A stretch of 64,000 bases of DNA from contig JAFYME010000075.1 of assembly GCA_017556765.1 (NCBI GenBank), forward strand, positions 3,752 through 67,751. The letters are read 5' to 3'. Below are positions 30,218 to 38,090 of this stretch, piece by piece (position 1 is the stretch's first letter; each line of letters begins with the position of its first letter). The translations under genes and the position numbers were made by a program. Source of the stretch: Bacteroidales bacterium (GTDB lineage Bacteria; Bacteroidota; Bacteroidia; Bacteroidales; UBA932). The notes beneath the pieces are model-generated. The model worked only from the letters and a program-made list of their open reading frames with translations, was not told the origin of the DNA and searched no databases.

Positions 30218-32002
30218 ATGGGACGTGAAATAAAATTCTCCCTTGTTTACAGGGACATGTGGCAGTCTTCAGGAAAATATGTGCCGACTGTCGATCAGCT
30301 GAAGGAGGTTGCTCCAGCAATTATTGATATGGGATGCTTTGACCGTGTCGAGACAAACGGCGGTGCATTCGAACAAGTGAATCTCCTTTTCGGAGAGAAT
30401 CCGAACAAGGCTGTGCGTGAGTGGACCGCGCCATTCCATAAGGCCGGCATTCAGACGCATATGCTCGAGCGAGGTCTCAATGCATTGAGGATGAATCCTG
30501 TGCCTGCTGATGTGCGTGAGCTTATGTATAAGGTCAAGAAAGCGCAGGGAACGGATATTTCACGTTCGTTCTGTGGTTTGAATGACCACAGGAACCTCCG
30601 TCTGAGCGTCGAGTATGCCAAGAAGGGTGGCATGATCTCACAGGTGGCCCTCTCGATCACCAATTCTCCGGTTCATACCGTAGAATATTATATGGGTGTG
30701 GTCGATCATGTCGTGGAGTACGGTTGCGACGAGATCTGTCTCAAGGACATGGCAGGAATCGGACGTCCGACTTTCCTCGCTGAGCTGACAAGCCAGATAA
30801 AGAAGAAATATCCTCATATAAAGGTACAGTACCATGGACATTCCGGACCGGGATTCTCACCGGCTTCGATGCTTGAGGTAGCTCGTGCAGGCGCAGATTA
30901 CCTCGACGTCGCTGTGGAGCCGCTTTCATGGGGAAAGGTTCATCCGGATGTGATCACGATCCGCGAAATGCTCAAGGCCGACGGCTTTCAGGTCAAGGAC
31001 TTGAACATGAATGCATACATGGAAGTCCGTGCTCTTACGCAGAAGTTCATCGATGACTTCCTCGGCTACTGGATTGATCCGAACAACTCCCACATGAGTT
31101 CGCTTCTTGTCGGTTGCGGCCTTCCGGGCGGTATGATGGGCTCGATGATGGCAGACCTCAAGGGCTTCCATGGAGCGATCAACGCCTCTTTGAGAAATCA
31201 GGGCAAAGCAGAGCTCACTCTTGACCAACTGATGGTGATGCTCTTCCAGGAGGTAGAATATGTATGGCCTCGTCTGGGATATCCGCCTCTGGTGACTCCT
31301 TTCAGCCAGTATGTCAAGAATACAGCGCTGATGAACCTCATGGCTCTTCTCAAGGGACAGCCTCGCTGGACAACTATCGATAAGGATACATGGAACATGA
31401 TCCTCGGCAAGATGGGTAAGCTTCCGGGCGAGCTTGCGCCTGAGATTGTGGCTCTTGCGAAGGAAAAAGGACTTGAATTCTATACCGGAAACCCTCAGGA
31501 CGCATTCCCGAACGAGCTGGACAAGTTCCGTCAGATCATGAAGGAAGAAGGCTGGGACTGCGGTCAGGACGACGAGGAACTTTTCGAGCTTGCGATGCAC
31601 GAAAGGCAGTATCGTGACTATAAGAGCGGTGTCGCAAAGGAAAGATTCAATAAGGATCTTGAAGCCGCGAAGGCGAAGGCCGGAGCTCCTGTCGTAGTGA
31701 CAAGACCGGTAGTCGAGATGCCGAAATATGATGTTGAGAAGATCGCCGAGAAATATCCTAAGGCAGTGCCGGTTCAGGCTCCGGTGAAGGGACAGCTCAT
31801 ATGGCAGTATGATGTGGATGATGCATCGACAGCTCCATCAGCCGGTACAGAGGTCAAGGCCGGAGAACCTTTGAGCTATGTACAGACGTATTATGGTCTG
31901 GAAGAAATCGTCCCAGCGGTCAGCGGCCGCATTGTGGCGGTATGCGCAAAGCAGGGAGACATGGTGTCCAAGGGAGAAATAGTGGCGTTCGTTCAGGAAT
32001 AA
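30218..32002 (+). CDS. Oxaloacetate decarboxylase alpha / pyruvate carboxylase subunit B family carboxyltransferase with a degenerate biotinyl domain
   Basis: RDMWQS, ICLKDMAG, YHGHSG, LPGGMM and GYPPLVTPFSQY motifs; start at ATG 30218, downstream of TAAATTTG (30187-30194). Confidence 0.9.
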   Translation: MGREIKFSLVYRDMWQSSGKYVPTVDQLKEVAPAIIDMGCFDRVETNGGAFEQVNLLFGENPNKAVREWTAPFHKAGIQTHMLERGLNALRMNPVPADVRELMYKVKKAQGTDISRSFCGLNDHRNLRLSVEYAKKGGMISQVALSITNSPVHTVEYYMGVVDHVVEYGCDEICLKDMAGIGRPTFLAELTSQIKKKYPHIKVQYHGHSGPGFSPASMLEVARAGADYLDVAVEPLSWGKVHPDVITIREMLKADGFQVKDLNMNAYMEVRALTQKFIDDFLGYWIDPNNSHMSSLLVGCGLPGGMMGSMMADLKGFHGAINASLRNQGKAELTLDQLMVMLFQEVEYVWPRLGYPPLVTPFSQYVKNTALMNLMALLKGQPRWTTIDKDTWNMILGKMGKLPGELAPEIVALAKEKGLEFYTGNPQDAFPNELDKFRQIMKEEGWDCGQDDEELFELAMHERQYRDYKSGVAKERFNKDLEAAKAKAGAPVVVTRPVVEMPKYDVEKIAEKYPKAVPVQAPVKGQLIWQYDVDDASTAPSAGTEVKAGEPLSYVQTYYGLEEIVPAVSGRIVAVCAKQGDMVSKGEIVAFVQE

Positions 32003-32017
32003 ACAAAAATAAATATT

Positions 32018-32167
32018 ATGGTAAAGGAAAATTCTAATCTGAATTGTGGAGTTTATGAGTCTCCATCAGTAAAGACTCTTGTGTTCCAGAGCGAGGGTGT
32101 GCTTTGCGGAAGTTACGATTCGCCTGGTTATGGATATGATGACGATAACGATCTGGGAGAAATCTAA
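32018..32167 (+). CDS. 49-aa peptide with a YxxP...EGVLCxS pattern, upstream of the fimbrillin-like gene
   Basis: Own translation: MVKENSNLNCGVYESPSVKTLVFQSEGVLCGSYDSPGYGYDDDNDLGEI; A-rich leader; fills the gap between the flanking genes. Confidence 0.8.
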   Translation: MVKENSNLNCGVYESPSVKTLVFQSEGVLCGSYDSPGYGYDDDNDLGEI

Positions 32168-32179
32168 ACCTTGCGGTGT

Positions 32180-34819
32180 ATGAAAAAGATTATTTCAAGT
32201 ATTATGCTTTTTGCAGCAGCTGCAACGGCATTCGTGTCTTGTCAGAAGCAGGAGGTTTCGGTTTCTGAATCTTCCAAGGAAGTGACGTTGACATTCGCTT
32301 CAGAGAAACCGGCTTTTGATGATGATACCAGGACAGAGTGGACAGGCGAGACCATCAAGTGGTCGGCAGGTGACAGGATTTCTGTGGCATATACCGTGGA
32401 TGGAGTATGGCAGAATGCGTCCGGTGATGCATCAGATGATGCAAAACTGTATAAGTCTGATGTGTTGTCTGAGGCAGCGGAAACTGCGCAATTCAATGTC
32501 TCTACATATTTTAAAGGTGAGACTGATGGACGTCATGTGTTTTATGGAGTTTACCCGGCTCCTTCGGAAACAGATTTTGCAGGAGCACCGATAGCGGATC
32601 TTGTGATTCCGCCGATTCAGAATCCGAAGGCTGACTCTTTTGACGGCTCGGCGGATCTTATGATAGGTCTTTCGGGAGAACTTGACGCGCGTCCTGGTGA
32701 AGGAGAGAAGATATCGCTTTTGTGGAACCGTATCGTCGCTCATGCTGTCATTACTCTCAAGGATATCAATGGCCTTACTGCCGCTGAAAAAATAGAGAAT
32801 ATCACACTGACAGCTCAGGAGGATGCAAACCTTGTAGGAAAACAGAAGGTTGATTTGATTACAAGGGAGGCCGTTAAAGATAACGCCGAGGCTAACACCC
32901 TGAAGCTGGTCGCTGATAACCTGTCGGTAAATGATGGAACAGTTTCATTCTGGGCTTGTTTCCTTCCGGAAACATTGACGTCGCTTACCGTAAAGGTTGA
33001 AACGGATGCGGCAATTTATACTCGTGAGATTACAGGCATTTCAAAGACTTTCAGGCAGAATGCGCGTAATACTCTTGCTATCAGGATGAATGATGCAGTC
33101 AGGGCTGTTAAGGAGACTGATTCTTTTGTTGTGGATGTGCTGACAAGAGAAGTGACAGGTGTCAGTGGTACGACATATAAGGAATGGACAGATAAGACAC
33201 TAACTTCTGAAGCTGTATATGCTGGCCAGTCTGCAGGTGGAAATGAGTCAATTCAGATGCGTTCTAACAATAGCAATTCCGGCATAATCACGACATCTTC
33301 TGGAGGATACGTAAAGAAGGTCGGTGTAAAGTGGAATTCAAATACGGCTAATGGCAGGACTTTGAATATTTACGGCAGCACAGAGGCATATACGTCTCCG
33401 ACTGAATTGTATGGTTCAACTCCAAAGGGAACCCTTATTGGAACTATTGTCTGTGGGACAACAGATGAGCTTGTGATTGATGGTGATTATGAGTATGTAG
33501 GAATGAGATCTGCCTCTGGTGCTATGTACGTTGAGGAAATAGAAATTTCATGGGCGGCAGGTGCTCCGGACACAACTCCAAAGCTTGAGGTGGAAGAGAC
33601 TACGATCGAACTTCCGGCTGCAGCCTCAAATGGAACGATTGCAGTTACAGCTAAGAATCTTGCTTCTGTTCAGGCGAGGGCTCTTGTGCAGAAAGATGCT
33701 CAGGAAGAGTCAGACTGGCTTTCTGCTGAGTATGCCGAGGGTGTTGTAACATACACGGCTTCTGCGAATGAAGACGAAAAAGAGAGGACTGCGTTCATAG
33801 AGGTTTATGCTCTTGATGCTGATGGTAATGAGCTTGTCAAGTATGTCGAGGTCATTCAGGAGGCTTATGTGGACCCATCTGTGGTTGTCAGGAAGACGAT
33901 TGCCGAATTCAAGGCGCTTGCTGATGGTAGTACAGTAATATACGAACTCGAAGGACGCATCTCGCAGATAGCTGATGCCTATAGTGAGCAATATGACAAT
34001 ATTTCATTCTATATAGTGGATGAAGCAGGCGATGAGATCCAGATATATAGAATGTCATGCGTTGGTGTGACAGACCCTGGAGCTGCCATTACCGTTGGCG
34101 ATAGAATTGTGGTCCGTGGTACAAAGGGATCATACGGTGGCCAGTCTCAGATGGCTGCAGGCGGCCAGTATGTAACTCATGAGGATGGCTCTTGTACGCC
34201 TGTGATTGTTTGTCAGGACAATACCGTTACAATCACAGCTGATGCTGGTGCAACCATATATTACACAACGAACGGTCAGACGCCTACAGTAAATGATGCT
34301 GAGTATACTGGCGTATTCCCAATATCGTCATCAGTTACTGTAAAGGCTATAGCTGTTGAAGACGGTAAGCTTCACTCTCTTGTGGCTACTGAGGAATGCT
34401 CTTTCATTGATTCAAGTGTAGACCAGCCTATAGAAGCGACGTTGTCATTTGCTGACAAGGCTCAGAGAACAGAATTCACTACATCCAAGCAGGTGTGGGA
34501 ACAGAATGGAATTGTTCTGACAAATGACAAGGCTGCTTCTACAAGTAACGTGGCAGACTATGCAAATCCGGCTAGATTCTATAAGAGCTCAAAAATTACA
34601 GTCGAGGCCCCAGGTAATATTACAAAGATAGTATTTGATTGTAATTCATCATCTTATGCATCAGCTCTCAAGAGCTCAATCACCTCTGGAGGAACAGTAT
34701 CAGTTAATTCGGATAAGGTGACCGTAGTCCTGGCACAGCCTGCAACGGCATTTGTCATTGCATCATTATCAGGTGGTCAGGTACGTATGGACAGTCTGAC
34801 TGTGACTTACGAGAATTGA
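32180..34819 (+). CDS. Multidomain fimbrillin-like (type V pilin) lipoprotein with BACON-like, OB-fold-like and Fn3/chitobiase-like domains
   Basis: Lipobox FVSC; DTRT putative processing site and WSAGDRISV; SDWLSAEY...ERTAFI; KTIAEF...VGDRIVVRG; ATIYYTTNGQTPT...TVKAIAV. Confidence 0.8.
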   Translation: MKKIISSIMLFAAAATAFVSCQKQEVSVSESSKEVTLTFASEKPAFDDDTRTEWTGETIKWSAGDRISVAYTVDGVWQNASGDASDDAKLYKSDVLSEAAETAQFNVSTYFKGETDGRHVFYGVYPAPSETDFAGAPIADLVIPPIQNPKADSFDGSADLMIGLSGELDARPGEGEKISLLWNRIVAHAVITLKDINGLTAAEKIENITLTAQEDANLVGKQKVDLITREAVKDNAEANTLKLVADNLSVNDGTVSFWACFLPETLTSLTVKVETDAAIYTREITGISKTFRQNARNTLAIRMNDAVRAVKETDSFVVDVLTREVTGVSGTTYKEWTDKTLTSEAVYAGQSAGGNESIQMRSNNSNSGIITTSSGGYVKKVGVKWNSNTANGRTLNIYGSTEAYTSPTELYGSTPKGTLIGTIVCGTTDELVIDGDYEYVGMRSASGAMYVEEIEISWAAGAPDTTPKLEVEETTIELPAAASNGTIAVTAKNLASVQARALVQKDAQEESDWLSAEYAEGVVTYTASANEDEKERTAFIEVYALDADGNELVKYVEVIQEAYVDPSVVVRKTIAEFKALADGSTVIYELEGRISQIADAYSEQYDNISFYIVDEAGDEIQIYRMSCVGVTDPGAAITVGDRIVVRGTKGSYGGQSQMAAGGQYVTHEDGSCTPVIVCQDNTVTITADAGATIYYTTNGQTPTVNDAEYTGVFPISSSVTVKAIAVEDGKLHSLVATEECSFIDSSVDQPIEATLSFADKAQRTEFTTSKQVWEQNGIVLTNDKAASTSNVADYANPARFYKSSKITVEAPGNITKIVFDCNSSSYASALKSSITSGGTVSVNSDKVTVVLAQPATAFVIASLSGGQVRMDSLTVTYEN

Positions 34820-35677
34820 CCAGCATCCGGCGGAGGCGCCGGAGGTGATGAGCCTACGGAAGACGGAGGATCCACCGGGGGAGGCGGATCTTCCGATGAT
34901 TCAGAGCCGGCAGTCGACCAGGTATGGCTGGAGCTGCCGGGCAGCAAGAGCGGAGGACAGTATGTTACCACGACTCAGTCATATGGTGGAGAGAGAAACT
35001 ATACCCATCTGTATGATACGGAAAAGATGGTGTCTCTCTGGACTGCTTACCCATTGAATTCAAGCCATATGGGATCTTTATCTCGTCCGGGCAGCTGGAG
35101 CTATAATCCGGACATTGACTCGAAGTATCAGGCAAATCTGCTCAGTCATAGTTATAGCGGTGACGTGTATTCGAGAGGACATATGATACCGAATGGCGCG
35201 CGTAACGGTATCAGGGGTATGCAGGTGCAGACGTTTTATGTCACTAATTCGGTGCCGCAGAGACAGAACAAGTTCAATGGAAGCATATGGAATTCCATGG
35301 AGCAGGCGATTCAGGCTGAAGCTTCGGATGAGGAGATCTATGTGGTGACGGGTGTGGCATTCGAGAAGGTGGGAGAAACCAGAGCGATAAGCTATGTCAG
35401 CCCAAAGGATGATTCTTCACAGAATTGTGCCATACCTAATTATTTTTATACGGTTGTCCTGAAAGTGAAGTATAGCGGCAGCGCAGTATCTTCAGCAAGT
35501 ACTGTCGGATTTTGGTTTGAGCATAAAGATTACGATGGAAACGATTATGCTCAATATGCTGTCTCGGTTGATAAGATAGAAGAATGGACGGGCTTTGATT
35601 TATTCGTGAATCTGCCAGACAATGTAGAGGTCACATCAGAGACAAATGCCAGTTGGGATGCATTCGTCAGATTCTGA
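34820..35677 (+). CDS. Gly/Ser linker plus DNA/RNA non-specific endonuclease domain, in-frame continuation beyond TGA 34817-34819
   Basis: Open frame PASGGGAGGDEPTEDGGSTGGGGSS...WLELP...RNYTHLYD...SLWTAYPL...YSRGHMIP...TFYVTNSVPQ...FNGSIW; the first ATG (35027) lies inside the domain. Confidence 0.85.
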   Translation, partial: PASGGGAGGDEPTEDGGSTGGGGSSDDSEPAVDQVWLELPGSKSGGQYVTTTQSYGGERNYTHLYDTEKMVSLWTAYPLNSSHMGSLSRPGSWSYNPDIDSKYQANLLSHSYSGDVYSRGHMIPNGARNGIRGMQVQTFYVTNSVPQRQNKFNGSIWNSMEQAIQAEASDEEIYVVTGVAFEKVGETRAISYVSPKDDSSQNCAIPNYFYTVVLKVKYSGSAVSSASTVGFWFEHKDYDGNDYAQYAVSVDKIEEWTGFDLFVNLPDNVEVTSETNASWDAFVRF

Positions 35678-35690
35678 CGGGATTTATAAG

Positions 35691-35731
35691 AATAATCCGG
35701 CAATCATGATCAACATGGTTGCCGGATTGTT
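35691..35731. terminator. Bidirectional terminator between the nuclease and the NigD-like gene
   Basis: AATAATCCGGCAATCATG-atcaa-CATGGTTGCCGGATTGTT. Confidence 0.8.
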
Positions 35732-35748
35732 TCATATGGATCGGTGAA

Positions 35749-36522
35749 TTACTCTATGCTCATCGCCATTACGGTTGATTTGGCGCTTGACGGTACCTGC
35801 TCGAATGTGTTCTTTGAGTAGGTGCGCTCGATCTTGTATTCCTCTGAGCTTGATGATACTATGCCTGGATCAAGGACCTTGTAGCTGTTCCATTTGATCA
35901 CGAGGTTTGCGGCGTCTTCCTTTATGATCGATGATATAGGGAAGCTTACATATCCGTTTGCGAGGACCATGTCCTTGTTCTTGCTGCTGTCGGATGCAAG
36001 CACTTCTCCGAATGCATTGTGCCTGAACATGAACGTGTATGTGCTGTCCTTCTGAGCCTTGTCGTCAACGACGAAGTTGATCATGTGCTGTATGCTGCTG
36101 TTGGTCTTAACGGGAATTGTGACGATCGCGTTTACGTATCCTCCAGATATCCAGATGTCTGACAGCAGTATCGGATCGTTGACCGTTTTGGTTATATCTG
36201 TGTTTTCAGACAGGATGACAGGATCCTTGGTAAGAACCTTGGTGGCATAATTCAGCCTGACGTCATATTCGTTTGAAGCTCCTTCTGTCGTATTCAGGAT
36301 GTCGCAGATGATGAATGCTCTCTTCATTGTGTCAAGTTTTCCCAGATAGTTCTGCTCAACTACATTGAATATGTTTCCTTGGTCGCTTACGAATCTGCCG
36401 TCCACGATGTTTCCCATGGTCGCATTGTTGTAGCGGATGGTGTTATCCTTGGAGCATGACACTGCCGCAAGGGACATGATTGCTGCTGTGCAGCCGATGA
36501 TTGTTCTTGTTACTATGTTCAT
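35749..36522 (-). CDS. NigD-like lipoprotein
   Basis: Lipobox AVSC; NDPILLSDIWISGGYVN, FRHNA and GYVSFPI patterns. Confidence 0.7.
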   Translation of the reverse strand: MNIVTRTIIGCTAAIMSLAAVSCSKDNTIRYNNATMGNIVDGRFVSDQGNIFNVVEQNYLGKLDTMKRAFIICDILNTTEGASNEYDVRLNYATKVLTKDPVILSENTDITKTVNDPILLSDIWISGGYVNAIVTIPVKTNSSIQHMINFVVDDKAQKDSTYTFMFRHNAFGEVLASDSSKNKDMVLANGYVSFPISSIIKEDAANLVIKWNSYKVLDPGIVSSSSEEYKIERTYSKNTFEQVPSSAKSTVMAMSIE

Positions 36523-36608
36523 TCTTGAAATTCTTTAGCGACATATTAGATGCAGAAATGCCCCATTTCGTTGCATGACGAAGTCATAAAAAATGAAATA
36601 CAGTGTCG

Positions 36609-37058
36609 CTAAACACTGTACTTCTTTCTTGTAGGCCTTCCAACCAGCTGGATGTCAAAGCTTTCTATCTTGTAGCCTTTTACGCGTTTTCTGCTGAGGT
36701 GCGACTCTATCAGGACCACTAGCTCATCGTCGACCACGTCCTTGAAGACGTGATTGTCCTGGTCGTAGAAATGGATGTGCTTGAATGTGTTTACATCGAA
36801 GTACATCTTGTTGTTCGCGCTCAGCCTGTAGTTGTATACTCCCAGCATGGCCATGTGAGTCAGAATGTTATATACCGAGGCAAGGGTCACCTTGGCGGTG
36901 CTTTTCTCCTTGATCGTCTCTGTAACCATATCTGCGCATGCATGTCCAAGGGACATCATCGCCTCATGTACGGCAAGCCTTTGAGGGGTAGCCTTGAGCG
37001 AATGTTTCTTGAGGATCTCCTTGTATTCCTCGATTGTGGGGCACTTATGTGTATTCAT
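36609..37058 (-). CDS. Fur/PerR family transcriptional regulator
   Basis: LKATPQRLAV, H-x-x-AD, TLASVYNIL and FDVN...HIHF; TATCTTTG box at 37076-37083. Confidence 0.88.
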   Translation of the reverse strand: MNTHKCPTIEEYKEILKKHSLKATPQRLAVHEAMMSLGHACADMVTETIKEKSTAKVTLASVYNILTHMAMLGVYNYRLSANNKMYFDVNTFKHIHFYDQDNHVFKDVVDDELVVLIESHLSRKRVKGYKIESFDIQLVGRPTRKKYSV

Positions 37059-37209
37059 ATGGTGTCAATATGTCGCAAAGATATGTAATTAAGACAAAAC
37101 CGCCAAATAAATTTGAAAGATTCCAAATTGAATTGATAAAAATAAGATGTTCGCAGGGCTTTATTCCAATAAAAATGGTAATTTTGCGGCCGTTTTCAGA
37201 ATTGCACAT

Positions 37210-38043
37210 ATGAATAGGATATTCAAGGAATACAGGACATGGGCTCTTATAACCGGAGCCGCGTCGGGAATGGGACGTGAATACGCACGCCGCCTTGCTC
37301 TCATGGGATATAATCTTGTCCTTGTGGACATCAATGCTAAAGGATTGGGGGAGACTGAATCCATCGTCAAGGATGCCGTAAAGACTGCTGGAAAGGCTTC
37401 AGAGGCATTCAAAGTTCTTCAGGTCGTTCAGGACCTTTCACAGGTCGATGCCGCGGATAAGGTATATGAGCAGACTGAAGCTGCGGGATGCGAGGTCGAG
37501 GTGCTTGTGAACAATGCCGGCATCATGTATTGCCAGGGCATAGCGGAGACCAGCGAAAGGATGCTCAAGCTGATAATGATGGTGCATATGAACACTCCGA
37601 TGATGCTCTGTCGCAAGTACGTTGTCGGAATGAAGGAAAGAGGTAACGGATACATCTTGAACATCTCGTCGCTGGCCGAGTGCATGAACTGGCCGGGAAT
37701 CGGAATGTATGGAGCCACAAAGAGATTTGTCAAGGATTATTCGAGGGAGCTCAGGATCGAGTGTCAGAAGACCGGCGTCAGCGTGACGAATGCGTATTTC
37801 GGCGCAGTAGACACTCCGCTTATTCCGTTGAAGGACAGCTTGAGAAAGCTCGCGAGGGGACTTGCAGTCATGATTACGACCCAGAAGGCTGTGGACAAGG
37901 CGTTGAAAGCGACTTTCAGAAGACGCAAAGGAACCATGCCGGGAGTCCTCAATCACATATTCAAGCCGATATGCATCATCCTGCCGGACTGCCTTTTAGG
38001 TTGGATTTACAGAAAGGCGAAGCCTTACCTTATGAAAGTCTGA
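37210..38043 (+). CDS. Short-chain dehydrogenase/reductase
   Basis: ALITGAASGMG, LVNNAG, NISS and YGATK motifs; start downstream of TAATTTTG (37179-37186). Confidence 0.92.
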   Translation: MNRIFKEYRTWALITGAASGMGREYARRLALMGYNLVLVDINAKGLGETESIVKDAVKTAGKASEAFKVLQVVQDLSQVDAADKVYEQTEAAGCEVEVLVNNAGIMYCQGIAETSERMLKLIMMVHMNTPMMLCRKYVVGMKERGNGYILNISSLAECMNWPGIGMYGATKRFVKDYSRELRIECQKTGVSVTNAYFGAVDTPLIPLKDSLRKLARGLAVMITTQKAVDKALKATFRRRKGTMPGVLNHIFKPICIILPDCLLGWIYRKAKPYLMKV

Positions 38044-38090
38044 AAAAAGCATTATATTTGCAGATTGCAAAAAGATAATACTCAATCATT

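Noticed and set aside
32018-32167. Lasso peptide or other RiPP gene cluster
   Set aside because: No cyclase, RRE/peptidase, dedicated radical SAM enzyme or exporter is nearby; kept only as an unknown peptide.
34817-34819. Genome-wide TGA reassignment (genetic code 4 or 25) as the explanation for the in-frame stop
   Set aside because: Other genes end normally in TGA (ftsA, the SDR at 38043, bamD at 39919, susD at 46580), and Trp is encoded by TGG in the genes read.
34845-35057. 70-aa ORF between the fimbrillin and nuclease ORFs
   Set aside because: It is an alternative frame overlapping the linker and the WLELP nuclease N-terminus, which read in the fimbrillin frame.
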